64,000 nt of DNA from Amoebophrya sp. A120 (GCA_905178155.1 CAJINV010000010.1:456074-520073), one strand, 5' to 3'; shown: positions 48,101-59,793, counted from the stretch's first letter. Notes: generated by a model not told the origin, from the sequence alone. Made by a program: numbers and translations.

Positions 48101-50135
48101 TCCAGTTCTTCGGATTCGAGCCACAAATCCTCCCTATGCATTGCAAAAGTATCGTAGTTGTAGTAATCGCAGTTATGCATGACAAATTTCCTTTTCAAGG
48201 TAAAACAGCATGACAGATTCAATTTTTCATGCTGAGAGAATTTGTAATGCAATTTATACTAGTACCATACTTTTGCAATGCATACTCCCGGTATTTCAGC
48301 AAATATTCCACCCCATTGTACGTTTGCACGTACAATTCGTCGAAGTGCCTCTTCATCGGGTGGTATGAAATGCAAAAGCATCGTACTAGTATAAATTGCA
48401 TGACAAATTCCCTCAGCATGAAAAATGAAATTTGTAATCCGGATTTAGGTGAGGAGGGAGATTTGATGTAATCCATGATTGCGATTACTACGAGTACGAT
48501 ACTTTTGCACAGGATAGGTGGTCTGTCTTCACCATGTTCGTGTTGACGTTCCGATAAAACCTATCGCACGGAAAAAGTTGGCCACAGTCACTAACATGCA
48601 GTTGAAGGCTTCGCTGCATTACAAACTTTTTTAGCATCGCAAGTTTTCCTTGTATTGCAGAAACACTAGGCAAATCCCCTACGAAGCTTGGCTGTGATGC
48701 ATTTCTACGCATGACAGAAAGTTTTGCGTTGCAAGAATGCGCATGAGTGATCGTGACGAACTTTTTTTGTTTGATAAAACCCGCGCGGGTCGTATCGCCA
48801 GAACACCGGCGTGGGACAGAGTTGCAGGCACTCCGGAATCCAGGTGACTAGCCACTCGAAGGGGTCCTCGTCTTGCTGCGAGAGCTGTTGTTCGCTTTGG
48901 TAGTTGTTGTTGTTCTGTTCGTCGTTGTTAAACCACTGCTCTTGTATTACAGTGAAAAATGCCCCCACCCCCGAACTTGAAAGCATTTGTATTGCAAACC
49001 TTTCCAAATGAAACGTTCGCCCTCTTGCATCTATCAGCATCACAGGTTTTGAATCGTGAATGACAAAGATTTGTATTGCAAAAGACCCCAGCACGAGCGG
49101 CGCTTGTCATGCAAGCGATGCGATACACGCCTACATTCTGCATCAGAAAGATTCATACTCCTTTCATGCATGACAAAAAGTTTTCATTTGGAACCTTCGC
49201 ATCACAAATTTTTGCAATTTAGGGGTGGGGGGCACTTTTCACTGTAATATCTTGCTGGGACGGAGTACTGTTGTAGTTCTTCACGTGGTTCCCACGCGAG
49301 GAGGTGTTCTTACTGGTGTTCCTGCTAGACAAACCCATTCTGTCATCCTGTAGTCGCTCACCAAGCAAGCTCGCTCCACTGGTGGACCTGGTTTTTGCTC
49401 TTGTGGACCGCGATCCAGTGGCCTGCGAAGCAGACGAAGCTGTTGCTCCTCGGCCAGCGTATCAAAATGAAAAATCCCCCCTCCCCATATCAAAACGGAA
49501 ATTTGTGATGCTGATTGGTGGCCACAAATCAGCTCTGTATTGCAGGGAGGCATGGCGGCCAGATCCCCAGGCTAGGTAGGGGCGTACGGGTCTAGTTGTT
49601 CAGCATGGCAAACGGCTCCCCTTTAGGCCCAACAGCATGACAAATCGCGCCCATAATGGGGCGAAGCTTCTGCCCTTGTCTTCTTGCAAGACAGATGTGA
49701 TTTGTGACCTCAAATCCGCAACACAAATTTTGGAAAACATACCTTCTCAATATGGGGAGGGGGGATTTTTCCGCACAATACAGCGGATGCAGTCGTCTTC
49801 GTAAAAGCGCCTGCCTGCTTGTTCGCGTTATTCATTGCGGATGAACCTGCATTATAGGAAGCTGCTGGTCCTCTGCCTCCTTGTGAAGATCCACCGGCAG
49901 TTGCGTCATTTTTGTTCCCCCGACTTCTCCGACCCCAAAACGTCGAGCCTTTTCGCTTCGCTTCCCCAGCGCTCTGGTCCGAGGACAAAACCGTGGTGGC
50001 CTTGGAATTCGTTTGCGCGGCGGAGGCGGAACTTGAGGAGCCTTGATCGTCGTACTCGAGCGAGGAGGCTTCAGAGTCCTTGGGTTTATTGCGGGACCGC
50101 CCCCCGCGAAGCATACGACCAAGCAAGGACACCAT
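36155..50135 (-). CDS. Formin (FH1-FH2) with two N-terminal WW-like domains; 21 introners including one of 5.1 kb
   Basis: WW-like FWRYDPRGF|YRNVNTNMVKTDH|P and W...EYYFNSVSNLSTWDNP; P/G/K-rich FH1; FH2 motifs RKWHWKPL..TVW, VMP|TEAE, LLLVLGNYVN, WGISVE|SLQKLSDFK..KTLLH; TAA at 36155. Confidence 0.88.
36298..36467. mobile_element. Introner family A (diverged)
   Basis: TIR; TSD gaaat/gaagt. Confidence 0.9.
36849..37055. mobile_element. Introner family C
   Basis: TIR; TSD ccgtc/ccgcc. Confidence 0.9.
37242..37390. mobile_element. Introner family A
   Basis: TIR (left end CAT); TSD gcttg. Confidence 0.92.
37889..38150. mobile_element. Introner family B
   Basis: TIR; TSD agatg. Confidence 0.94.
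38208..38456. mobile_element. Degenerate introner (A-like left end)
   Basis: TAT...ATA ends, eroded TIR; TSD ggtag/ggtgg; frame restored (NAT|MYE). Confidence 0.8.
38524..38803. mobile_element. Introner family E
   Basis: TIR; ends GTA; TSD ccagc. Confidence 0.9.
38966..39271. mobile_element. Introner family E
   Basis: TIR; TSD ttcca. Confidence 0.93.
39327..39578. mobile_element. Introner family B
   Basis: TIR; TSD acttg. Confidence 0.94.
40255..40800. repeat. 13-bp GAGAGGGTGGCGC tandem array and inverted GCCACCTCTC-type copies
   Basis: About 9 direct copies at 40255-40370, related copies at 40515-40552, reverse-complement copies at 40570-40800. Confidence 0.85.
40826..44842 (+). mobile_element. 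GC-rich non-autonomous element with 3'-terminal hairpin (Helitron/Helentron-like, inferred), nested in the giant intron
   Basis: Starts A|ATTACAAGACTAATAATGATCATT; ends CAAGAAA-GGGTCGCCC-ttca-GGGCGACCC-gtTTTCTTGTA|T; both ends resemble 56484-59793. Confidence 0.65.
40861..44095. repeat. GC-rich minisatellite: 12-bp AGGCCCCCCCT(A/G) arrays plus ~13 copies of a ~200-bp unit
   Basis: Core CTTCTGCCCTGAAGCTTTGCTTGCTTTGCTTGAAGGCCCGCCAAGCGAGCCCCGGCGCCGGC repeats about every 200 bp from ~41650 to ~44090. Confidence 0.95.
45072..45224. mobile_element. Introner family A
   Basis: TIR; TSD tttgt. Confidence 0.92.
45390..45822. mobile_element. Introner family B with ~160-bp nested insertion
   Basis: TIR; TSD gggct; 433 bp versus ~265 bp typical. 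Confidence 0.92.
46500..46715. mobile_element. Introner, singleton family
   Basis: TIR TATC.CACGAAAAAACTGTTTCA; TSD ccggt. Confidence 0.93.
46919..47146. mobile_element. Introner family C
   Basis: TIR; TSD aaacg/caacg. Confidence 0.9.
47215..47438. mobile_element. Introner family C
   Basis: TIR; TSD ccgag. Confidence 0.94.
47507..47653. mobile_element. Introner family A (diverged)
   Basis: TIR (left end CAT); TSD tgtct. Confidence 0.88.
47928..48076. mobile_element. Introner family A
   Basis: TIR; TSD ttgta. Confidence 0.94.
48135..48284. mobile_element. Introner family A
   Basis: TIR; TSD ctccc. Confidence 0.95.
48364..48516. mobile_element. Introner family A
   Basis: TIR; TSD ggtgg. 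Confidence 0.95.
48562..48776. mobile_element. Introner, singleton family
   Basis: TIR TATC..AC..AAAAAGTT; TSD aaacc. Confidence 0.88.
48945..49249. mobile_element. Introner, singleton family
   Basis: TIR TATTACAGTGAAAA.TGCCCCC; TSD tcttg. Confidence 0.93.
49460..49780. mobile_element. Introner family F
   Basis: TIR GAAAAATCCCCCCTCCCCATAT; TSD cagcg. Confidence 0.93.
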
Positions 50136-51119
50136 GTTGCTAGTTTGTGCTGTAGTGAAGGTGAATTATGTTAACCTTAACATGATCTCAGTTGAGATGA
50201 AGAAGTGAAATTAATTTCAAACCTTTTCATCTGCTGATTGCGAGCGGAAGCACAAAAGCGCGCGCGTGCCACTGAAGTGCGTGCCGTCCTCTTCATCTAT
50301 CGTTACACGCTAGGAGAGAAAGTATCATCACTCAGATTGACGTGAACAACGAACGAAGTCAAATAAGGGACGAACCTTCTATACTATTTCGTAGCAAGAT
50401 GCATGTGAAGATTATACATAGGGGTCTATGAAAGAGAGGTCCTGTAGTCGTAGGAAGCGAACACAACACCGAGATCCTTGATTAATCGCGCGCAACTGGT
50501 GCACGGCGTTCGTTTATTCATGCGTCTCTCGCAAAATCTCTGTCATTTGGTATTGGTCGTGTGACACTGTAAAACTAAGTATAAACTCGTCATTCAACAT
50601 TCTAAACAAGGTCTCTGTGTCGCGTAGGGGTAGTACAAGTGGCTTGTCATTTATCCATGTTGACTCAACAGCAAAATTATGTTCGTTTGTTTTGGTCACA
50701 ACCTGATGCTGATACAACCCGGAGTATCAGTCTATGTATAGGCAGATGAAGAAAATAAGCCGGACTCTTTATTGATTCTGTTTCTTGGAAAAAATTTTCG
50801 ATATTAGGGCCGTTTTAACTTGTGGTCTAGTGTTGGTGGTGGTCCTGTGCTAGTGCAATGGGCTGCACTTCTGCTACTTCTTCGGGGTTGTCGTGCTACA
50901 AACGTGTGTGGCAGCTGGAAGTAGTTGTGAATCGCCTTTTTCGTAAAGGTCTAGAACCACTTAATAGTTCATGCGCCACCACAACTTGGATTTACGAAGC
51001 TGGAGCAGGACGATTACCTTCACGAAACTTGTAAATCCGGTCCTCGCGACGCGGCTCTCCTCGCGGCTCTTCTTCATCCTTCTAAGGAATTTTTGTATAC
51101 ACGACATCTTGATCTACTT

Positions 51120-53488
51120 CTACTCCGCCGGTTTCTTGCCGTCCTTCCCGCCGACGGCTGTCCCGCCAATGCCGGTGAACTGTACTATTCTCTTCGCGAT
51201 GGGCGAGGCCAGGAAAACCACCACCGTGGCGACCCACTGGGCGATCGCGAGGCTATGGGTTGCAAATCTGTCTGGGTCTCGTCTGGATGAGTGCAGGAGT
51301 TTGTCATGCAGAGTTTGCATGCCCCACGAGGACTGGGATGCAGGGCATGGCATCACAGATTCAGATTCTGCACCAGCTCCGCAATGCATATCCCGCATAC
51401 GAAATAGAATACCTTCTTAGCAGGCTTCTTGGTTCTAGTACAGGTACCCGTGCAACACAAATTTTTGTGTATTGTGAGAAGCGCATCACAAGTTGCACCC
51501 TTCCAGACGAGCCAGACACATTCACATTCGATAGAGGCTGTGGCCAAACCAGAGCACGGAGAACACGACCGAGATAAGTTTTCTCAGCGTGGTCGTCAGT
51601 GTGACCGTCAACGCGCCGAAGTTTTTCTGCAGTGTGTAAACGAAGAGGGAACCCAACGCCATGGTGGTGCCGAAGTAGCACAGATTCGGGATGACTGACG
51701 GGTGTGCGACGATAAAAGCGATGCCTGTAGTTTTGAGGATGTATCAACAAAGGAAATCAGGAGACGTAATTCTACTTAAATGCGGAAGTTGAATTGGAAT
51801 TGTATCATGTGGCATGTCTTTTTTTACTTATCATGAATATCGTACTGCGCGAACAAGCTGAAAACACCAAATCCAAATTTTTTCCGTACTTCGTACATAA
51901 GATATTGAACCTTTCTGCAGTTCCCCGGTTCCGAGTGCCAGCACGATAGCAAAGAACAATTCGTACAGATTCATGTTGAACATGAGCTGGTGTGGGCTGG
52001 CCTTGTAATTTGCGACGATTTTGTTCTGATACGGTCCGTAAATTCCGTCACAAACGAGCGCCCCCAGGACGCAGGCGAGGCCGATCGCGAGGGACGCAGA
52101 CAGTGTAAAGTCGGAACCCTTCTTATCCTGCGGAAAAACCAATACCCAACGGTGGACCAGCACGTTTTTTGTCATGCGAAAGAAATTTCAATTTTTGCAG
52201 CTCACATGGCACGACCCATAATCTTTATCTTTTGTCATGCAAAAATACCTATGCCTGATGGAGTGGATATGGAATCTCATGCAAAGCCCGAACATCTGAC
52301 AGGAAGTATTTTCTACTTTTCGGCATGAGGCACTTGGTTTTTGGTGCAGCTGCGAACTTGTTCGAGCTAATTTTATTCAGTAACCACACTGCCAATAGAT
52401 ACGCAAGAAAAGATAAAGACTTTATAGTAGAGCTTAACATGCTTTACTCCCGAAGGAGCCTCTTAGTTTGTCTATACAGTTTATCGTGAAGACCGCACGG
52501 GTACGTTTTTGACCAGGATACTTCTTGCTCCCGCCTGCAAGCTATCAAGTGCAAAAATGTCTGGGTCTGGAAGATTGTCATGCTAGTCTGGCATGACTCT
52601 GCACTCTGTATTGCGCGGCCACCAAGAGGTCCTCTTGCCTGTCATGCAAAAGCGCAGCTTCTCATGCGAAATACGCATCACAGAAGCACGAAAAAACTTG
52701 TCATGCTTGGCGGCGCATTACGGAGCACTTATTGTTCACGGACTTGCATCACAAGTTTCCAGACCCAGACATATTTGCATTTGATACAAGCGTGAAAGCC
52801 ACAACACCAGCGGACATCAGGTATACCTGTTAGTTTGGTTTTGTGCATTTCTTGTCTTGCACAAACGCATGAAACGTCTGTGGGTACAATTACAAAGACA
52901 AAATCACTCGATCATCAACGTCAAGCTCAAATCTGCACTACACAAAAATATCTCGTGCTCTTTGTCACGTTGCAGTGACTGAGCAAGATGTTGATTCACG
53001 TAAATAATTAACATTGTCCCTACCTGTATCTTTTTTTCCATGCTGTGCACTTTGCCCGCGAAAATCTTTTCTCCTATCATGACCGGCACGGATTTACATG
53101 ATTTGCACACCACCTGCAGCGGAAACGGGATGTACTGCAACGCGGTCAACCCGAAGAAGTGCGCGCCCAGATACGCCGAGCTCACGATGCCCCAGTCTTT
53201 GGGCGGCGCGCCGGCGGTCCAGGATTTTTCCCCTGAAAGAAGCAGGAGCACTGCCGCCATCAAGCAGTTACAGAACGACTGCACCACGATGAGGAATATC
53301 GGCAGCTTTAGCCTTTCCCCGTCGTACTCGCCCCTGGTCAGGGCTTCCTGCGCGTAGCCGAAAATGGTGAAGGAGCCCAGCACACCGGAGGCAAGGAAAA
53401 TTAGGTAGAGGTTGTTGTACACAGCGGCAGGAAGGGCCGAGCCGAAGGCGCTGCTGCGCTCCGAGGTTTTCGGTTTGGATGCCGACAT
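51120..53488 (-). CDS. Nucleotide-sugar transporter, SLC35B1/HUT1 (UDP-galactose transporter) family; 3 introners plus 2 GT-AG introns
   Basis: FGYAQE, ALQYIPFPLQVVCKSCKSVPVM, CDGIYGPYQ, LMFNMNL, FGALTVTLTTTLRKLISVVFSVLWFGHSL, QW motifs. Confidence 0.93.
51254..51533. mobile_element. Introner family B (diverged)
   Basis: TIR; TSD gaggc. Confidence 0.9.
52124..52520. mobile_element. Introner, E-like (diverged, 397 bp)
   Basis: TIR TATCCTG...AAAAAC; TSD cttct. Confidence 0.88.
52543..52786. mobile_element. Introner family B
   Basis: TIR; TSD caagc. Confidence 0.94.
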
Positions 53489-54766
53489 AGTGCGGAAAAG
53501 AAAAACTTCTTGTTCTTCAGGGTTCTCTTCACAAATAAAAGTAAAAAAATTGCAGATTTTTATATTTGTTTACTTATCAGACAGACGCCTCTACTTCTCG
53601 GGATAACCAAGTTCTACTTTTGGATTGTTACTGGTGTCTATGTCTAAACGTCGCCCGTCGTCTCACAACAAGTTAGTATCTCGGTCGCTGATCATCAGTT
53701 TCAGTTGGGAAACATCAAGAGGTCGCAGACAAAATCAAGTACAGAGTTTCATCAGCAGTCCCAGTCGCCGACAACTTGTCATGATCACATGGCGCTCAGG
53801 AGAAATGAAGATCTTCACCGCAGATAATTCAGACAAACGAGTGGTAGAGATCTCGATCGAGAGCCCGACGTGGCGCAGAAAAAAAAAGTTCTTGATCGAC
53901 ATCAAAAGACTCGGACCGGGGTATGAAGATCTGTGTTTGGTCATAACCTCGAATGAATGCACCTTTTTCCACTTACATACTTACCTTAAGTACTACAGTG
54001 GTCTCTGTTGTTGGCACCCAGATGACATGCCGCTCGTCGGAAAATAATAATAAACCGTGAACAGCATTATAAGGTATTACAGTATTTCATCCTAGCCAGC
54101 CTTCCGGCGTCATTTCCAAATTCCCGCCCACTTCTTTCCCCTTGGTTCTTGCAGGTACTTATCATGTGTAGTAAATTAATCTCGTCTGGCACTTTCTGCT
54201 TCCAAATGTTGCGTCCTCCTTTTTGATCATGGCCGTGGCATTTAATTGCTCCTGCAGTGCGCCCTACGTCGAGGATGGTCGGTGCGTAGTTTCGAAAATA
54301 CTTGCGACAGCTCATCATCTACGCATACCACTACGCACTACGACTACCTCCGTCTACGAGTTGTAAGCCTATTTCCACTAATCATACATTTTCGGACAAA
54401 AGAAACGTCAAATCCTCACGGAGTAATTGACTACTGGGCCTGCACGGTTCCCAATCACTGCTCGTGTCCCAAACGAAACAGGCTTGCTTGCTTGCTAGCT
54501 TGCGACCGAAATAAGGCTTATAGACAACTATTTTCTATTAAAATGCTTACCAAAACTTTAAAATGCTTACCAAAACTTTTATTTCAAAACGTTTTTGTGC
54601 TCAACAGGGCGTCACCGAAATATTGAGTAAACAAAACATACGTGAGTGCGGGGTATGTTCAGAGTTATTGAGTAGTATATCAATAGCCCTTGCAGCGATC
54701 TGTGCTGCGTTCTGCGTACAGCCGGCGAAGCCTGGAGATTGAGGAGGCATGGAACGACAATAAATA

Positions 54767-56459
54767 TCACTCCGTACACAGCTTGCCCTCAAAAGCTTCT
54801 GAGATGTCCAGGCTGAGCTTGTTCATCATTGGACTGTCCGTGATTCTGCCGCAGACGAAAAGCTCCGGCGCACCGGGTAAAATGACTCTTCTGGTTTTCG
54901 CACGGTAGATAGCATTCGCGGTGCGATCTGCCCAATTATTTGGGTCCTCCCCAGGAGCCGGCACGATCGTTCGAAACTGGCCCGAATCCGCGTCCCGTAC
55001 GCGAGCGTGCCGTTGCCATTTTGTATCCCAGGCCAGCTTCTCTTTTGCTTCGTTCGACAGATCGACACCAGGTCCTCCCGCTTCGACTAGTAGCCGGAAA
55101 TGCTGCGTGGGCTCGGTGGCGATGCGACGGTAGTATGCATAGTAGGCTTTAGCTGCGGATGGTAGTAGATTGGCGCCCATCCGAGGAGCAAAGATGGTGT
55201 AGCTTGATACGGTGTTAACGAGTGTGCCTGTGGCCATTTCAGCGCTTTGCAGGTCCGGTCGCTTGAGAACCGCTTCCAGACGACGCAAAAAATACTGGAA
55301 GCTCTCATCCAAAGGGCCGACGTAGTCAGAAATGATCGATGTGGCAGCAATTCTTGTTCCCGTGGGTTCTTGTTCCCCCCCGTTCTGATCGAACTGCTGC
55401 ACCGAAGGAGTAATTTCGCCTGTAGTAGGAGTAGCAACGGATTGCTCAGAAGTCGTGGTCCGGTAGGACAGCAACTGCTGCGCGAAACCAAAAGCCATGA
55501 TCGGGGCGGCGGGATCCGGCGTTGTACTACGGAACCGGCGACTCACGCTTCGAAGCGCGAGGAGGGGGCACGGTGCATCTGCATCTGCATCCCCCGCCCC
55601 CTGCGCGGGCGAGCCGAGCATGAGCAGCTGAATGAAACGCTAACGGGACTTTTGCATTAGATGGACGGCAAATTTGTTTGCCGCCTCTGTGACGCGATCG
55701 GTCAAACGAATTTGCCCTCGTCTACGAGTAGAAGACAAGCGGCTTTCCCAGCTGCTTTCCCCGAGAAAAGCCGCCAACTCGGTACGCATCTGCTCCGCCA
55801 GCGGCCCTCGTGCCCGGCCGGGGAGCACCAGAGGCCGATACTCTTCCGGCGTCGCCGCCCATTCCGGCGTCGCCCCGTCGTGCAACAAGGAGTCGAAAAC
55901 TTCGTGCAGGGGAGTGTTGTTGTTTTCCAAGTACGGACAGACTCCATTTGTCCACGTGTCCTCGTATGGAGAAGTAAACTAACTTAAAATGAAGACCATC
56001 ACTCGGCACTGAGTTCCAATTTTGGCATCTGAAGAATCTTTTAAATGTTGAAGGGTTATGATGTCATGCGCTGTATCTTAGCCATCTAGCATGCAGCCGC
56101 ATGCACCAGCTCGTCCTTCATCTGCAGCTCGTATTCTGATTTACTAGAGCGTCGCGGCTCCCGCCTGCAAATTGTACAAATGCAAAGTGGTTTGTTTACA
56201 ACATGTAGTGCTGGCGCCTCATTTGTTGTTCCACCCGGGATACGTCTGTAATATCCATCGACGTAGCACCAATCGACAATGCTCCCGATGGTACGCTCGA
56301 GGCGGCAACCTCCAGGTGATCCCCTGTAGTAGTGCGGAGACTCTTATTAAATTTCTGCGAGGCCTGCGTCGAAGCCTGCACCACAGCCAGGCATGTTGAG
56401 CTGGCAACGATACAGGCACGTAACGGCAACAACCGCAGGAATACACTTCTCGGCGACAT
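54767..56459 (-). pseudogene. Probable pseudogenised copy 1 of the tandemly duplicated secreted-protein gene
   Basis: Near-identical to 60891-62700 but has an in-frame TAG at 55640-55642 (AAG in copy 2) and a 3.3-kb insertion ~25 bp upstream of its ATG. Confidence 0.65.
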
Positions 56460-56483
56460 TATCTCCTACCTTGTGCAAACAAA

Positions 56484-59400
56484 ATTAACTACTATTAATG
56501 ATGATTTTGCTCTTTGAAGGGCCTTCGGCCCCTCAATGAACCCCCTTCGCAACCCCTTGGTCGACCGAGAATCGGCCAAGAACTATCGTTGACCCCCCGA
56601 AGGGGGTTCAATGAGCCCCCTCGCCCGAGGTTCGATAGGCCTCTTGGGGAGGCCTCGGGGGGGCCTCGGGCCTCGAAAACCTGCCGTAAATTTTTTTCCG
56701 ACCCCCCTTGCGGGGGCCTTTTCGCCCCCCCCTTTGGGGGGCCTTCGGGGGGCCTTCGAGGGGCCTTCGGCCTCCGCGCACCCCTTCGGGGGGCCTTTGG
56801 GGGGCCTCCGAAGGGCCTTCAGATAATTTTGGCACGGCGTCGGCCTTCAAGCGGCGTCCCCACGGTTGTCTGCTCCACGTTCAAACGCGGGCGGGACCGC
56901 TATGGTTTGGCTCGCTTTTTGGTGTAGGCGGCGCCGCTGTTGTTCCGTTTGTTAGTTTCCATTGGTGGGCGGCGCCCGCCGCTTAAGTTTAGTGCCGGGC
57001 GACGCCGCTCAGGTTCTTTCCGTGCGTGGGTCGCGGCACGCGGCGCGCGTATTTCTTCTGGCCTTTGCCTGTCCCTCCCCTGCCTTGCCCGACGCCTTGG
57101 TTGGCCATCGGGACGGTTTCCATCCGCCTTTGGGGCCGCGGCTTTCTATCTTTGCTCTTCGGCCTCGGCACCACCTTCGGCTTCGCTAGAGCTCCGCACC
57201 GGATGCGGGTGGGGCCGCCATGATTGCGGCGCCCCGTGTTCTAATGGGGGTGGGGCCGCTCGGGTTTGCCTCGGCCGGTTTGTGGTGTGCTCGCTGGGTG
57301 GTGCTGCTTTTGCTTCGATCGTTTATTTTCTGCTTCCGGAGGTGAGCGGGGCCGCTTTAGTTTAAACGCCCGCGGGGGGGCATGGTCGCTTTAGTTTCTT
57401 TTTCATTCCCGCCCCGCCGCGCGACGCAGCTTGCCCTTCTTGCAACTTTCTGGGGTGAGCGAGCGGCGCCATCAGGGTAGTGCCTGTGCGTTCCATCCGC
57501 CGGCCCGCGAAGGCGGCCAGGCGAGCAAGCTGCAGCGCCAACACGGGAGGGTTGAGCCGCTATGGTTTTTCCGGTTCGTTTGCGCGCTCGCAGGTCGCGC
57601 AGACGCCCGCTCGGTGCCCTCCGTGCCCAGGCCAGCCGCCGACGTTCCTGTGCTCTGTGCCCCACCAGAAGGGCTCAGGGCGCTGGTACATATTCGCCTG
57701 GATTTACGCGAAAGCCCGGCGCCAACATGTTCGCCTTGCGCCTTTCCGTGACCAAACCAGCCGCGCACACCCCAGCGAGCGCTCTGAGGGAGCGGCGCGA
57801 GAAGGGCCAAGGGCGCCGGAGTGTCGTCGGCTGCAGTGCACTTGGGCGCAGGTGGCGCAGCTGTTCCCTTTGCGCGATTCCGTGTCCAGGCGAGCCCCCT
57901 ACGTTGCAGCGCTCTGGGCCCTGCCAGAAGAATCCAGGGCGCCGGAGTTTAGGCGACCGGATTGCTCTGCGCGCAAGTAGCGCAGGCGTTCGCCCTGCGA
58001 GCTCCCCGGCTAGGCCTGCCGCCTACCTTCTAACTAGCGCTCTGAGCCTCGCACGCCAGAAGGGTCCACGGTGTTGAAGTGCAGCCGGCGGAGTTGAGCG
58101 CAGGTTGGCTGCCCTGCGCGGTTGAGGGGAGGTAGGGCGTCACAAGCTAGCTTCCTTGGAACAGGTTTCGGCCTTTGCGAAGTTTCCGACCGCCGGGCCC
58201 CGCGTGAGGCGGGCCTGCCTCCCTTCGTGAAACCTCCGGCGGGCGGACGCTCTCAGGTGGCGTCCCGCCTCGCCCGCCCAACCTTTGTTTGTTGGAGGGC
58301 GGGTCCTCGGTACCCCTTCGGGGGGTCTCCGATACCCCTTCGGGGGGTCTTCGATACCCCTTCGGGGGGGTCTCTGATACCCCTACCTTCGGGGGGTCTT
58401 CGGCACCCCTTCGGGGGGTCTTCGATGCCCTTTGCTTCGGAGGGTCTTCGATATCTTTTGGGGGGCCTTCGATGCCGTTCGGGGGGGTCTTCGGTACCTG
58501 TCACAGACTTGGGGCAGGTGCCTGCCTTTCCGAGCTTTCCGCCGGGCCAACCTCTCGGGGGGCCGATCAGCCCCCGGGGCGCCTCGGGCGGACAACCTCA
58601 GGCGGCGCCCCACATCGCGCTACCCCAGTCGGGGGGCCTGTGGTGCCCCGCCTCCGGGGCGTCTCCGGTATCCTTTCGCGGGCCCTTCCATACTTACCGC
58701 CTGAAGCAAGGGCGGCAGCCACCGGACGGGCTTCGCAGCCTTTGCTCAGTTCCCAGCCGACCTTTTGGCGGGCCACCCAGTCTCCGGGGTCTTCTTTACC
58801 CCGTCGGGGGTCTTCGGTGCCCCCCGGGGGGGTCTTCGGTGCCATGTGTTGGGCGCCTCGGGCACCGCGAACCCGCAGCACGTTTCTGCTTTTGCGGGTT
58901 TGTTTCCCGCCTTTGCGGGTTTGCTTCCCGCGCGCCTGTCCCTTCGGGCGCCCATCTTCGGGGGGCCGCGGGCGGAGGGATGCATGCCTTCAGGCTGCGG
59001 CTCAGCTTCGGCTACCCCGACCCTCCTAGAATGGCCTTCCCATTCGGCGCCCCTTTGGTGTGGTCTTCGATACCCCGGGAGGGGGCCCCGGGAAACACAG
59101 GCTTCGTGCCCGTTCCTGCTATTGCGAGGCTCCATTTGGCCGCACCGCCCGGGGGGCCGAGCGATCCATCGATGGGGGAGAACCCCAGCCGGGCAGGCGC
59201 CGTCGAACGAGCGGCGCCCCACCTCGCGCTACCCCCTCGTGGGGGCCTTCGGCGCCAACCCCTTCGGGGGCTCTCCGGTGCCCTCTTGGGGGTCTTCGCT
59301 ACCCTATGAGCGGGGCCATGGGCATCGCAAACTTGCAGGGCGTTTGTGTTTCTGCAAGCTTTTCGGGGAACCCCGAGCGGACGCCCTCGCACGATGTTGC

Positions 59401-59793
59401 GTGCCGCCCTTCGCGCCACTCCCCTGGGGGTGGTCGCACCCCCTTGAAGGGGGCCGGGCAAACTTTCCGACCGCCAGGACCTTCGGGTCGGGGGGTCGGA
59501 AACCTTGGGCGGACGCCTTCAGGCGGCGCCCCATCTCGCGCTACCCCCTTGGGGGGTCTTCGATACCCCTCGCGGGGGCCTTCGGTGCCCCTTGATGGGG
59601 GCCTCTGGCATCGCAAGTCTCCTTGAAGCAGGGTGCTGCGTTTGCAGCGCTTTCCGCCAACCCCTTCGGGGGGCCAGCCTTCGGGAACATTCGGCCGCTA
59701 GGGTTTGCGTTGGGCCTGTCTTGATGCTGATTCTTATGGTTGCCCCCTGTCCATCAAGATAGGGTCGGCCAAACGGCCGACCCCCATCTTGTA
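56484..59793 (+). mobile_element. GC-rich non-autonomous element, no TSD, 3'-terminal hairpin (Helitron/Helentron-like, inferred)
   Basis: Absent from the paralogous site (CAAA|TATCTTA at 62717/62718); starts ATTAACTACTATTAATGATGATT; ends CAAGAT-a-GGGTCGGCC-aaac-GGCCGACCC-cc-ATCTTGTA. Confidence 0.8.

Noticed and set aside
47507-48516. CRISPR-like alternation of repeats and short unique spacers
   Set aside because: The repeats are ~150-bp TIR elements in mixed orientation, the spacers are in-frame exons, and there are no cas genes.
18551-53488. NRS/ER and the nucleotide-sugar transporter as a glycosylation cluster
   Set aside because: About 30 kb apart with unrelated genes between them.
56514-59762. 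ORFs in the 3.3-kb element as a possible transposase or Rep
   Set aside because: No HUH, helicase, DDE, RT or tyrosine-recombinase motif recognised; composition explains the ORFs.
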